Shown here in pieces: positions 36,286-46,420 of a stretch of 64,000 nucleotides of DNA. The stretch's first letter is position 1; each line of letters starts with the position of its first letter. This stretch comes from Candidatus Thorarchaeota archaeon (lineage in GTDB: Archaea; Asgardarchaeota; Thorarchaeia; Thorarchaeales; Thorarchaeaceae). A program made the translations under genes and the position numbers. The stretch lies in contig JAEOTX010000039.1 in the NCBI GenBank assembly GCA_016839605.1, forward strand, positions 21,497 through 85,496. Direction: 5' to 3'. The notes beneath the pieces are model-generated. The model made no database searches, was not told the origin of the DNA, and was given only the letters and a program-made list of their open reading frames with translations.

Positions 36286-36412
36286 TAGCCCTTCACCATT
36301 TACTAGCCATTAATACATATTTAAGCAAATCTTGTTTGAGGATAAATTTACCAGATATTTGGCGCTGTATAGCGAAGGAATTCATAATGCAGAATCGATA
36401 TGCGTATGCAAT

Positions 36413-37087
36413 TTATGCAAGTCTTGATTTGACTACGTCTAGTATTTGTAGTAAAGAGTCGAAGACTTGAGAAGCACCCGCTTTGATCAAGTCATCCCTG
36501 GTGGTTTCTCCGGTGGTCACTCCCCAAAACTCAATCCCAGCTCTAGTTGCGGCTGCTCCATCGATTCTTGCATCACCGATGTACACGACCTCATTGGGTT
36601 GCACGCCTATATGAGCCACCAGTTGCCTGAGGCCATCGGGATAAGGTTTGGGACTAGGAGACTCATTTCGAGTCTGGATCACATCGAATAATTCCTCCAA
36701 TGGAAGCTGCTCGAGTATGACATCAACAGCAGTTCTACCATTGTTTGTGAGAATTGCAGTCTTCAGGCCAAGAATCTTCAGCTCTCGCACAACATCCATC
36801 GAACCATCGATAAGCTCTGCATCAGTGGCAGCCCATCCTTCGTGTCCACTGAGCGTTTTGTCGACATCGTGTTCCATTCGCTTCCATTCACTAGATGAAA
36901 TCCCTTTAGAGTGGAAGTATTCCCTAGCCTTCACTCTGGTGCTCGAGATACCATCAGCTGAATCGAAGAGGTCAGCAGGTGCACCTTGACTCTTAAAATA
37001 TTCCTTCGTGTCTCGTCTCATGGCATCTAGAGGGAGAGCCAGAACAGTGAGGGTACCATCAAGATCAAAGAGGACCGCCTTCAACAT
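36413..37087 (-). CDS. HAD-superfamily hydrolase, subfamily IA (phosphoglycolate phosphatase / beta-phosphoglucomutase-like)
   Basis: LFDLDGTLT (motif I), TNN (motif II), IGDARIDGAAA (motif IV region, DxxxD). 224 aa. Confidence 0.75.
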   Translation of the reverse strand: MLKAVLFDLDGTLTVLALPLDAMRRDTKEYFKSQGAPADLFDSADGISSTRVKAREYFHSKGISSSEWKRMEHDVDKTLSGHEGWAATDAELIDGSMDVVRELKILGLKTAILTNNGRTAVDVILEQLPLEELFDVIQTRNESPSPKPYPDGLRQLVAHIGVQPNEVVYIGDARIDGAAATRAGIEFWGVTTGETTRDDLIKAGASQVFDSLLQILDVVKSRLA

Positions 37088-37129
37088 TCTCGACCGCCAG
37101 TTTTCACGCTCCGTGTCAGCCTCTTAAGG

Positions 37130-37774
37130 TTAGCCATCTGCCATTTGCTCTAGGAATTCGGACAGATGGGACTCGGCTGAACTCAGGTGGTTCATATAGA
37201 AATGACCTTCTCCCTCGAGTGCTATAGTTCGAACTTTTTTGCTGCCCAGCCTCTTTGCCAAAACCTGCATGTCATTGAAAGAGACCATGGTATCGTGGCT
37301 TCCATGGAACATCAACGTTGGACAGTGAACATCAGCTAGAGAATCAAGGCGCTCATCCTCCTCTTGAGCCAAGTCAAACGACGCGCTGAATGTGACCAAG
37401 AAGGCTGCTTCAGTCTCTGATGCGAGATGAAGAGCCACAGAACCGCCAAATGAGTAACCCAAAATTCCTATGCGCTTCTGTTGTGTTTCACCAAGAAGCG
37501 TACGAGCTGCTGCTCGAGCATCTTGGATGGCACCTGGAATGCCCTGATAATCATGTGGTGATTTGGCACCACGGAAGTCAAATCGCATTGTAACATAGTC
37601 ACGGTCCAGTAGAATTCGATCAATGTGCCTAACGACGCGGTCCTCTCTACTACCCCCGTATAGAGGGTGAGGATGAAGGATGAGAGCTGCTTTATGAGAT
37701 TCCGGAGTAGGTGTGCTTAAAATTCCGACAAGTCGATCATCATCTACGGCAAATTCTATCTCATCATAGCGCAT
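37130..37774 (-). CDS. Alpha/beta-hydrolase fold protein (dienelactone hydrolase-like)
   Basis: Nucleophile-elbow GYSFGG. Downstream Asp/His candidates (HGSHD). 214 aa. Confidence 0.7.
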   Translation of the reverse strand: MRYDEIEFAVDDDRLVGILSTPTPESHKAALILHPHPLYGGSREDRVVRHIDRILLDRDYVTMRFDFRGAKSPHDYQGIPGAIQDARAAARTLLGETQQKRIGILGYSFGGSVALHLASETEAAFLVTFSASFDLAQEEDERLDSLADVHCPTLMFHGSHDTMVSFNDMQVLAKRLGSKKVRTIALEGEGHFYMNHLSSAESHLSEFLEQMADG

Positions 37775-37980
37775 TCTGATTTCTCCGCATATTAGAAGTG
37801 CTAGGCTTCAAAGACGAAACGGGTCGCGTTATATATTGCTTGGGAGCAATGAGATTTGCGATACTTGTCGTAGCTTTGCTGAGCCAAAAACTGACTGAAC
37901 TTGAGAGTCGAATCTTTTGAAATACCTACGTAGGTCAAGTTTAAGACTCACATAAATCAACCATTCACCGGCGATTTGGA

Positions 37981-38997
37981 ATGAAGACTCTTGACAGTAT
38001 CGACAAAACAAGCATGCGTGACATGACAGCTAAATTCCCATCCATGCTCAGACTCGATGTATTTCCTGAGTCCATACGTTACGAAGCTGAGAAAGTCAAG
38101 CTCAAAGGTGTTGGAGGCATCTGCATAACCGGAATGGGAGGGAGCGGGATTGCTGGGGAGATATGCAAAGCCCTAATGGCAGATGTATCGGAAATTCCAA
38201 TCGTCAGTAATCGAGAGTACTCGCTGCCTCGCCACGTCACCAAGGAGTGGGTAGTGATTGCCGTTAGCTACTCTGGTGAAACTGAAGAAACACTCTCCGC
38301 ATTTGACGTAGCTAGACATCGGGGTTGCAGGACCTTTGCACTGACAACAGGAGGCAGACTTGCAGTTAAGGCAGATGTGAAGAAGACAACAACGCTTCCA
38401 GCTGGTCTACAGCCTCGTGCAGCACTTCCTGTGATCTTTTCAGGTCTGCTCCCTCTTCTGGAACTCCTGATTGGAACTGAAAGGTCGGACTTGATTAGCA
38501 TTGCAGATGCACTCGAACGACTTCAACCAGACTGGAATGGAGCGTCTTTGATGCCAGAGGAGTTGGCGGCCGAGCTCCAGAACAAGATTCCATGGTTCAT
38601 AGGATGGAAACATCTAGTTCCAGTTGCCTATCGGGCAAAATGTCAATTCAATGAGAACTCAAAGATTTTTGCGTCAAGCTCTGAGATTCCAGAGATTTAT
38701 CATAATGAAATCGAAGGTACGCTCTCCTGCAGAAATCATCCCGTTTCACCAGTTTTCCTGAGAAGCAGAGAAGAGGATGAGAAAACGAGAAATGGGTTCG
38801 AATCCGCAGCCGCAATCTTCGAGGAGAATGGCTGCCATCCGGAACATCTGAATTTCAGATTTGACTCAAGAATCGAGGAGGCCCTTGGATTCACCATGTA
38901 CTTGGACAGGGTATCAGTGATGTTAGCAGAAATCCTTGGAGTTGATCCATTATCTGTTGAGAGAATTGCACAGCTGAAGAGAAGGCTTAGGGACTGA
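37981..38997 (+). CDS. pgi: Bifunctional phosphoglucose/phosphomannose isomerase (archaeal SIS-domain PGI/PMI)
   Basis: Two SIS-like halves with VSYSGETEETL (the SIS Ser/Thr-rich phosphate-binding loop) and a conserved C-terminal region with E...H.E. About 338 aa, typical of archaeal PGI/PMI. Confidence 0.75.
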   Translation: MKTLDSIDKTSMRDMTAKFPSMLRLDVFPESIRYEAEKVKLKGVGGICITGMGGSGIAGEICKALMADVSEIPIVSNREYSLPRHVTKEWVVIAVSYSGETEETLSAFDVARHRGCRTFALTTGGRLAVKADVKKTTTLPAGLQPRAALPVIFSGLLPLLELLIGTERSDLISIADALERLQPDWNGASLMPEELAAELQNKIPWFIGWKHLVPVAYRAKCQFNENSKIFASSSEIPEIYHNEIEGTLSCRNHPVSPVFLRSREEDEKTRNGFESAAAIFEENGCHPEHLNFRFDSRIEEALGFTMYLDRVSVMLAEILGVDPLSVERIAQLKRRLRD

Positions 38998-39105
38998 CTT
39001 GCTGTACATTCTGAAGAAGAGGCACAACAGAGTGGGAGAATCCCAGAGTTACCCAGCGATTTAATATAACTGCAGAAATATCCGAAATGAAGGCAAAACT
39101 GAGAG

Positions 39106-39708
39106 TTAGAGAAGAGTAACTCCTTCATAGACGAAACCGATTGTGCGTCTATACGTGGATGATGAACTCATCACAGAATAGGTGTAGCGTACTGTAAGAC
39201 TCCAAGTCCAGTTTGCTGAATTGTACGCACCAAATAATACGTCTTTGTCATTATCATTTGTGATATCACTTCTTATTGTGTGATTCTTATCGTAGCCTGC
39301 GTCCAAAGGCTCTTGTTCAAAACGAAATTCCCTTAGGAATGTGCCGTATGTTATTGATTGTTGGTTCAATAGCACTAAGATCCGAATAGAAGCAAGATGT
39401 GCGTCCCCATTTACATTATCTGGAGCTTTGAAATTAAGGACAAATGAGATGCGGGGATTCATGCTATAATTAGTCGGATCAAAATTGGAAACACTAGTAT
39501 CAGCAACATCGACTTCCAGGAATTCTGCAAGTGCGACGCTGTCGCCGTAATATCTTGCATTGCCTGCCAGAAGAGCTGCGCTGAACAGACCTGCAGCTAT
39601 GACTGTAATTATAATCAAGTCTTGGATTCTTCGACTCTTAAGCATCTGGCTGCACCGTTCCTCCCGAGCGTTCAGCTCAATATCTCCCTTGCGCTTCAGG
39701 CATATCAA
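39106..39708 (-). CDS. Hypothetical N-terminally membrane-anchored protein with a beta-rich extracytoplasmic domain
   Basis: Single TM (LIIITVIAAGLFSAALLAG) after a short charged N-terminus. The remainder is Ser/Thr/Asn/Tyr-rich. It sits 6 bp downstream of the presenilin-like gene on the same strand. Confidence 0.5.
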   Translation of the reverse strand: MICLKRKGDIELNAREERCSQMLKSRRIQDLIIITVIAAGLFSAALLAGNARYYGDSVALAEFLEVDVADTSVSNFDPTNYSMNPRISFVLNFKAPDNVNGDAHLASIRILVLLNQQSITYGTFLREFRFEQEPLDAGYDKNHTIRSDITNDNDKDVLFGAYNSANWTWSLTVRYTYSVMSSSSTYRRTIGFVYEGVTLL

Positions 39709-39714
39709 ATCTAC

Positions 39715-40590
39715 CTATCCAACAGATGGAAGATAGGCCAATATATGAATCAACCAAGGATAGATAGCCAACAGCGCAGGAATAGTAATGCCAGGGAGTG
39801 GCTCATGCTCATTTAGAAATACTGTTACATTAATAATCACGACTAAAACAGCAAGAGCAACGGACGCTGCCCAAACATATAACGGAAAATATAGCAAGGC
39901 GTGAGTAGATATCATGGAGAAAGCAACAAAGTCACCTGCTCCGACTGCAATGCTTTGAGATTGGATTCTGGTATAGTCGAAAGGATCTGAACCTACCCTC
40001 TCACTCATCTGGTTGGCCTTTGCGGCAGGTGAGAACCTTATGAGCAAGTAGTCCTCGACTACGAGAGATAAAATCAATACCATCATGCTTGAGGTGACAA
40101 AAGCGACTCCGAGAAAGGTTCCAAAGGTACTTCCATAGAATGCAGCAAAAAGATTCCTCATGAGTGGCGGTATTGCATCTATCAGAATGAACACAATGGA
40201 AAACATGAACACGGCGAGTGAGCCTAATGAAATGATGCTTGGTAAGATTGTGTTTGATGTACCCTTGAAAAGGATGAGAAGCAGAGACTGCCCCAAGACG
40301 AAGAACACTAGCGAGAGAATGGGGGAAACAATGAAGGCAACCATGAGTCTCCGGCCTCGAGCTGATCTTCTCTCTAGCATCCAGAAAAGTGATAGAACTA
40401 TTAAAGACCCTAGGCAAATGGAGATGAGTGCCTGAATAACCAGCTCAGCTGCTGTGTAGCTTCTGGCAGCGCTCGAGATAACATCACTGAAGAGGGAGTT
40501 CCCAAGAATAGTAAATCCCATGATTGACCCGATTAAAAGAGGCAAAATCGAAACTACTATGAGCATTCCTCGAGATCTATCAAGCTTCAT
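39715..40590 (-). CDS. Presenilin / signal-peptide-peptidase-like GxGD intramembrane aspartyl protease (A22 family, archaeal PSH-like)
   Basis: Polytopic membrane protein with GAGDFVAFSM (the GxGD motif) followed by ITIPALLAIYP (the PAL motif, compare SPP QPALLY). The upstream Asp is in LVVEDYLL, a non-canonical version of the YD motif. Confidence 0.55.
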   Translation of the reverse strand: MKLDRSRGMLIVVSILPLLIGSIMGFTILGNSLFSDVISSAARSYTAAELVIQALISICLGSLIVLSLFWMLERRSARGRRLMVAFIVSPILSLVFFVLGQSLLLILFKGTSNTILPSIISLGSLAVFMFSIVFILIDAIPPLMRNLFAAFYGSTFGTFLGVAFVTSSMMVLILSLVVEDYLLIRFSPAAKANQMSERVGSDPFDYTRIQSQSIAVGAGDFVAFSMISTHALLYFPLYVWAASVALAVLVVIINVTVFLNEHEPLPGITIPALLAIYPWLIHILAYLPSVG

Positions 40591-40720
40591 CAGAGATTCT
40601 GGTCAAGCAAGGAGTCCTCTTTTAAATGGAGTCTGATTCGCGCAAATCCAAATCGGACTTGAGTATCGAGTCATGTCAAAAAAAGAGGGGGGTGGGGACA
40701 GTTGTCCCCAATTGATTAGA

Positions 40721-42667
40721 TTACTTCTGCCTGAGAAGCACGAAGCCACCGACTAGGATGACCACTGCAGCACCAACAGCGCCTCCAACAATCGCCAGTG
40801 TAGGATCGAATGGCGGCGGGGGTGGAGGTGCAGTTGTGGTAGTAGTAGGCTCTGTCGTTGTGGTAGGCTCTGGATGATCAATCCCATATGCCCAATCCCT
40901 GCGGGTCAGCTCGGTGAACTCAGCGTCGATGTATTCCGTCACAGTGAACGGACCTGGTACGACGTACGGATCACCACCCTTGATTGGGTCCCATTCATTC
41001 CATCCTTCCAAGCCATAGGGCTCAATGACATGCTGTGGCAGTGGGAATGTCCTAAATGCTACATTCTCAAAGTTCCAGAATGACTCAGTGTCCAACTCAA
41101 CTACGAACTGGAATGGTGCGGCTGCGTATGCAGCTGTCATGGACTGAATAGTGGCGCTAGCGCCATTGGGATTGCCGTATGCTAGACCGTCCTTGAAGTA
41201 GTTGAAAGTAAAGGCGAAGTCTTCAGCAGTGATTAGATGGCCGTCACTAAAGGTTGCATTCTGTATTAAGTTGAATACAAACCTGTGGTTGCCCACTGGT
41301 ACTACGTCAGGATGGGTATCGTGGGTTTGAATCTCCCAAGACTCTGCCCAAACTCCGACATACTCGGCGTTCTCATCCTTTTCAACCAGACCTGGCCACA
41401 TCTCGAAGAGAATGGCCCAGGTGTAGTAACCAACACCCGACATTGTGTTGAAGCTGTCAATGTCTATGGAGGAACTCACATAGAAGGTACCGCCATAAGG
41501 TCCGCCCTGGGATTCCTTCAGGTGTACTTTCATGCTGGTCCAGAAGTTTGGAACGTTTGCACCTAGCTGTGCAACGTGGCCCTCCCACTTGTCTGTTCTG
41601 ATGGCAGAAAAGGCCTTGTTGTTGTAGGCAGTGACTCTAGGACATTCGTAATGGAGAATCTCCTGCATCTGATGAGCTGTGGAAAGCACCGTTGCCTCAT
41701 CTTTGGCAGTAAGGAAAGTGTCCATTAGAGCGTCGAAAGTGGCGTTTCTGAAATTCGGTGAGTTGTAATAGTCTACACCATAATACCCACCGTAGAAGTC
41801 GCCGTACAGGTGATACACAGCGTTGAAGAAGTCCTCTCTAAAGCTGTATCCATAGAAGGTCACCCACCAATCTGGATCATGGAAGTTCAGACGACTCACA
41901 TACTGATAGAAGTCGGTCATTAAGGGTTCAGCCTCAATGCCGATAGCACTGAAAGCACCGGCACCGATTATTGCAGCCTGACTTGACTGGAAATCTGCGC
42001 CGTGACCAGCAACCTGGACAATACCGATTTCTGAACCATCAGGATTCTCACGCCAACCATCAGCATCGACATCAAGAAGTCCCGCTGCATCTAGTAGGTC
42101 GTTAGCAATGTCTAGATTCTCTTCATAGTAGTAATATGTGAATTCTTCTTCAGCAGTCCAAGGTCCTGGGGGAACATTAGCGTCCCATGGCCGCGACTCA
42201 CCGGCCCAGAGCACCTCAGAAATCTCGTACTTATCCAATGCATATGCATAGGCCCTTCGTACACTGGTTATATTGAGGGGGTACCTGTCACAGTTGAATT
42301 CATAGAAGCCAAAACCATTTCTCCAGTCGCCAAATGCTTCCACGTCTTCCGCCGCTGTGAGCTGAGGCAAATAGGTTGTATCAATTGATGACTCCCAGAT
42401 CATATCTACCTCACCATTGATAAGCGCCAACATCTGTTGCTCGGTATTTGGTTGTACCTTGAACACCATTTTATCAATATATGGACCATTCTTGGCTTCG
42501 CTTGGAAGTCCAGAATATGGTAATGTTTGCGCTGTAGCAAAAATCGGCGAAATAGACATGAAAAGAAAGGATCCAACAAAGAAAATAGCAAAAGCTACTC
42601 TTATTCGATTACTTAACATGTTATCTCTATCTCCTATCTCCGAGTCGAAATCGGATGGCTCTGGCAC
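40721..42667 (-). CDS. ABC transporter substrate-binding protein, family 5 (oligopeptide/dipeptide/nickel type), with C-terminal Thr/Pro-rich linker and TM anchor
   Basis: N-terminal signal/TM, an SBP_bac_5-like body, then C-terminal EPTTTTEPTTTTTAPPPPPPFDPT and the hydrophobic anchor LAIVGGAVGAAVVILVGGFVLL with RQK tail. This is an archaeal-style anchor. Confidence 0.85.
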   Translation of the reverse strand: MPEPSDFDSEIGDRDNMLSNRIRVAFAIFFVGSFLFMSISPIFATAQTLPYSGLPSEAKNGPYIDKMVFKVQPNTEQQMLALINGEVDMIWESSIDTTYLPQLTAAEDVEAFGDWRNGFGFYEFNCDRYPLNITSVRRAYAYALDKYEISEVLWAGESRPWDANVPPGPWTAEEEFTYYYYEENLDIANDLLDAAGLLDVDADGWRENPDGSEIGIVQVAGHGADFQSSQAAIIGAGAFSAIGIEAEPLMTDFYQYVSRLNFHDPDWWVTFYGYSFREDFFNAVYHLYGDFYGGYYGVDYYNSPNFRNATFDALMDTFLTAKDEATVLSTAHQMQEILHYECPRVTAYNNKAFSAIRTDKWEGHVAQLGANVPNFWTSMKVHLKESQGGPYGGTFYVSSSIDIDSFNTMSGVGYYTWAILFEMWPGLVEKDENAEYVGVWAESWEIQTHDTHPDVVPVGNHRFVFNLIQNATFSDGHLITAEDFAFTFNYFKDGLAYGNPNGASATIQSMTAAYAAAPFQFVVELDTESFWNFENVAFRTFPLPQHVIEPYGLEGWNEWDPIKGGDPYVVPGPFTVTEYIDAEFTELTRRDWAYGIDHPEPTTTTEPTTTTTAPPPPPPFDPTLAIVGGAVGAAVVILVGGFVLLRQK

Positions 42668-42807
42668 TCAAAATGCTGATAAAAGTGTTATGATGTGATG
42701 AGTAACACTATTAACCTGCAACAGAAATATCAACTAGAATTGTCAAGAGTAATAAAGGATGACACTGCATATCATCCATCCAACTTCTTGATTCGCAGGT
42801 CATGACC

Positions 42808-43884
42808 CTAGCCGTATTTAATGCGCGGGTCTAGGAACCCATACAAGAGGTCAGCAATAAAGTTCGCCAACACCGCCGTAATTGCGACTATCATGAAGAT
42901 GGCCTGAACGACGGGATAGTCCAATAATAATAGGCTGTCGAAGATATACCGTCCAAGGCCAAACCAGTTGAAGACGGTTTCCGTCAGTGTTGCTCCATTA
43001 ATTAGGAATCCGAAAGTAATTGCAATTGCTGTTACCATAGGAAGCATTGCGTTCTTCATACCATGCTTGTACAGGACTTGGTTCTCGTCAAGTCCCTTTG
43101 CCCTTGCCGTCAGTATGTAGTCTTCAGTCATTACGTCTATCAGGTTATTTCTCATGTAGAGGAAATATCCACCATAACCGCCTATTCCCAAGGCAATCAT
43201 CGGGAGTAGCAGATGGAGAAGGATATCGCCAGCGATTGCTAGAGCACCAAACGGCTGGTCCTTAAAGGCAATCCAGACCTCGTAGCTTATCGTTCCTCCC
43301 GAAGGAAGTCCAATGCCGCCATCGATTAATGTCGAGGTCAAGGCTGGCAGCATATACGCGAAGAAGAATAGTAGTATCATTCCCAGCCAGAAGACGGGAA
43401 GGGAAAAGGTGAACAAGGCCATTGTGACAGCCCCGACGTCCTTCCGTGAGCCAGGATCTCCCGCTGCTTTGACACCAGTCCAAATCCCTAGAATAATTGC
43501 AACTATCGAGGACGTACCCATTAGAAGTAGTGTATTGGGCAAACGAGCCATAATCTCATCTATCACAGGCCTCTGACTTTGAAATGAAAAACCGAAGTCT
43601 CCGCTGAACATGTTCACAATATACCGCCAGAACATGTAGATCCAATCAAAGATGTCTGGATCTGGAACTAGTCCATAGTTCTGATAGAGCAATTGAAGCG
43701 ATTCATATGGCATTGTAGCCCTTTGCTCCGGGGCTATCATGAGGTCCAGCGGGCTAACACCAAACAGAAAGGTTGGAAGTCTGAATATGAAGAAATTGAA
43801 GCAGATAACAGCTACTATGAGAAGAAACACGTAGATAGTTCTTCTAATCACGTACTCTCGTAGGCCCATCGGTAGACTCTCCAC
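42808..43884 (-). CDS. ABC transporter permease (OppB/DppB-type)
   Basis: 6-TM BPD_transp_1 architecture including the EAA-like loop (LTARAKGLDENQVLYKHGMKNAMLP). Confidence 0.85.
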   Translation of the reverse strand: MESLPMGLREYVIRRTIYVFLLIVAVICFNFFIFRLPTFLFGVSPLDLMIAPEQRATMPYESLQLLYQNYGLVPDPDIFDWIYMFWRYIVNMFSGDFGFSFQSQRPVIDEIMARLPNTLLLMGTSSIVAIILGIWTGVKAAGDPGSRKDVGAVTMALFTFSLPVFWLGMILLFFFAYMLPALTSTLIDGGIGLPSGGTISYEVWIAFKDQPFGALAIAGDILLHLLLPMIALGIGGYGGYFLYMRNNLIDVMTEDYILTARAKGLDENQVLYKHGMKNAMLPMVTAIAITFGFLINGATLTETVFNWFGLGRYIFDSLLLLDYPVVQAIFMIVAITAVLANFIADLLYGFLDPRIKYG

Positions 43885-44024
43885 AGTCCTGTTTGGTAGT
43901 ACCTAGCTTCACTAAGTACTAGGCTGCTTGGTAGTACAGAACTCGCTTCCTAATAAAGATGATGTTCAAAGAGTTCTGAAAAGGATGAGAGAAAGAGGCT
44001 TAGGTGCCTCTTCCTCAATATTGT

Positions 44025-45668
44025 TTATCTCTCTCGTAATCTTGGATTTAACACCTGATCCAATGTGTGGCCAATGAAGGTGAATGCTAGACTAATTGCG
44101 GTTATCATCAGTCCCGGAAATATCACCACCCACCATGCACCATTTCCGAAGGCACCGCCGATCTGAGCATCTGCCAACATCCGACCCCAGCTTGGTTCAC
44201 TAGGATCAGTCAGGCCAAGGAACGAAAGCGCAGACTCGGACAGAATAGCTGCTACTACGCCCAAAGTAACATCAGCGAATAGGAGCGGTGTCACATTAGG
44301 CAGAATGTGCTTGAAGATGATATACGTGTCTGTGGCTCCAATCGCACGTGCAGCCTCCACGTAGCTCTTGTTCTTCTCGGCCAATACTTGAGACCGGATT
44401 AGTCGCGAGGTTCCTGTCCATCCTAGAATCACTATCACTATAATTATGGTGTCTACTGATGGACCCAAGAACGCCGCGAGGACCATAAGAAGTGGTAAGC
44501 GCGGTATGACCAAAAGGAAGTCCACTACACGCATGGTGACTTCGTCAACCTTCCCACCAAAGTAACCTGATATCATCCCAACGGCAACGCCTACTGCAGT
44601 GGACAGGGAAGCGGCAACAAGACCAATGTACAATGAGATTCTTGAACCAAATAGCAACTGACTCCAAGCGTCAGCCCCTTTGTCTGTTGTGCCAAGTATT
44701 CCAAAGTAATCGCCGAAAGCTACACACTCCATATGTGTGATGGTCGCCGTCACCGAACCGTTGTAGTATGTCCATGGCTCTGGACCTGATGCGGAGCTTG
44801 TAAACAAATATGTAGGTGCGATGCCAACAGCGACTGTAAGGCGGTCAGTTGGATCCTCCTGCCCATCACCTTCATCTATCATGCCGTCCCAGCCCTCCAC
44901 TATATCAAGGAAACCGAGGTCAACGGGCCTATCAACGTGACTTCCCGTATAGGGGGGCACAGAGTCGAAGATTCTTGTCCAATTGCCAGAAGAATCAATT
45001 ACCCAGAGCATTAACTCGAACATCTTGCCACCATACTCGTTAGTAAGAAAGTCCCCTGTTGTCACTATATTGTAGCTAACAGTAATGTTCACATCTTTTG
45101 GAAGACGCTCATATTCCCACGTAAACGTCTGGGCGTAGTAGATAAAGTCCAGTGTGTCGGGTAAATCCCCGTTGGGATCTGGAGGCGATCGGAATTCAAT
45201 GCTTGTGTTAGCAATATGTGTCCATTCGAAGGTCACATTGCTATTCTCAGCCGGTGAAGCCGCAAAGTTCCGTGCACCAGTGAATTCTCCTGAGCTGCCC
45301 TCAACGACTATCTCACCAATTGAATCAGAGTCCAGATTCGGATCTAGCAGATAGTTCTTAGTGACTACTCCCGTGGGGTCGAAGATTTCCGTCCACTGTG
45401 GCGCCATGAATCTTGGGCCAACCTTGATAGACGGGGATGGGTCGTGAGTGGCAAAGATTGGAGCTCCAACTGCCATGACTACAAATAGGACCAGTGCAAG
45501 GACTCCAATTACTCCTATTCTGTGCTTGCGAAATTCCCGCCAAAATCCAGTGATGCTAATATACCAGCCTGTACCTCTCAAACGTCCTTCTTTTACATCT
45601 GACAAAGGGCAACCTCCGTTACAGGGGCTCAGGAGATACCAGCAATAGAACTGGTGCTCTTGAGTCAT
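44025..45668 (-). CDS. ABC transporter permease (OppC/DppC-type) with an about 250-aa extracytoplasmic insertion after TM1
   Basis: C-terminal core ends AARAIGATDTYIIFKHILPN (EAA loop). A long Asn/Asp/Thr-rich soluble region lies between the first TM and the conserved core. Confidence 0.8.
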   Translation of the reverse strand: MTQEHQFYCWYLLSPCNGGCPLSDVKEGRLRGTGWYISITGFWREFRKHRIGVIGVLALVLFVVMAVGAPIFATHDPSPSIKVGPRFMAPQWTEIFDPTGVVTKNYLLDPNLDSDSIGEIVVEGSSGEFTGARNFAASPAENSNVTFEWTHIANTSIEFRSPPDPNGDLPDTLDFIYYAQTFTWEYERLPKDVNITVSYNIVTTGDFLTNEYGGKMFELMLWVIDSSGNWTRIFDSVPPYTGSHVDRPVDLGFLDIVEGWDGMIDEGDGQEDPTDRLTVAVGIAPTYLFTSSASGPEPWTYYNGSVTATITHMECVAFGDYFGILGTTDKGADAWSQLLFGSRISLYIGLVAASLSTAVGVAVGMISGYFGGKVDEVTMRVVDFLLVIPRLPLLMVLAAFLGPSVDTIIIVIVILGWTGTSRLIRSQVLAEKNKSYVEAARAIGATDTYIIFKHILPNVTPLLFADVTLGVVAAILSESALSFLGLTDPSEPSWGRMLADAQIGGAFGNGAWWVVIFPGLMITAISLAFTFIGHTLDQVLNPRLRER

Positions 45669-45781
45669 TTAATGACTTTGAGGTGCGCTAACGGACCTAT
45701 AAAAAAGGCTTCGCTTTCTAGTATATGTTATTAGTTTAACGGAACCAGCAAGAAATAACTCTGGACAAATGACCATAATCG

Positions 45782-46138
45782 CTAGTTGGTTTCATCAAAG
45801 GACTCGCTGAAGGGATCAGGACCAACAATATCATCTTCATCAATCCCCTCCTCGGATATTGTGTCGCCTTGGTCATTCAACCTTGCCTCTCGTTCCTTCA
45901 TGATTTGTTTTGTACGTCTTGCAGAAACCCAGAGATCAGCAAAGACCATTCCCACTAGGAACACTGTGAGTGAGCCAGTAAGAGCGATGACTGTCCCTAT
46001 GAATCTAAAATAGGGATGCGTCAAGTTCAGAAGCAGACCCCCGACCATGAGAATTATCGGAATGAGTAGTATTCGCTTTTTTGGCTCCCTTTTAGTTCTT
46101 GGAAATGCTTTTACTTCCATAGCGACCATTGACTGCAA
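45782..46138 (-). CDS. Hypothetical small membrane protein (118 aa) with an acidic C-terminus
   Basis: Two hydrophobic helices (ILLIPIILMVGGLLLNL; GTVIALTGSLTVFLVGMVFADLW). It lies between the divergently arranged permease and ATPase genes. Confidence 0.35.
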   Translation of the reverse strand: MQSMVAMEVKAFPRTKREPKKRILLIPIILMVGGLLLNLTHPYFRFIGTVIALTGSLTVFLVGMVFADLWVSARRTKQIMKEREARLNDQGDTISEEGIDEDDIVGPDPFSESFDETN

Positions 46139-46420
46139 TCAATTTGGCCCCTTTTACGGTTTTCGAACTATCCTCCCTTTTGAATCGTTTAGCTTCGCTA
46201 GGCCTTTTCTCATCGTATATGTAATAAAAATAAGAATAGTGAGGAAATTTAGTTCCCGGATGTGTTATGCTGGATTTGAGCTTGTGAATGTCATGTATTC
46301 ATTTGTACTCTGGTGCTTTTGCCGTTAGGTATTTAAGATGTACACTTGACCCCCCTGATTTAGTAGGGATAGGATTAGATATCCGAGACAAGAATCCGAC
46401 TCCCAGCGGAGATAGGAATC

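Noticed and set aside
35890-36470. Two plus-strand ORFs (91 and 99 aa) spanning the long intergenic region
   Set aside because: Their translations are dominated by R/E/G from the GA-rich hairpin loops (RERVVIERREREERRF; RRREKRGRRTLEGGERERYERER). They cross the AT-rich core and inverted repeats, so they are more likely non-coding structure than genes.
38786-38812. tRNA T-loop-like string gggttcgaatccgcagcc
   Set aside because: It lies inside the PGI/PMI CDS, encoding NGFESAAA, with no acceptor or anticodon-stem complementarity around it. I found no convincing tRNA cloverleaf in any intergenic gap.
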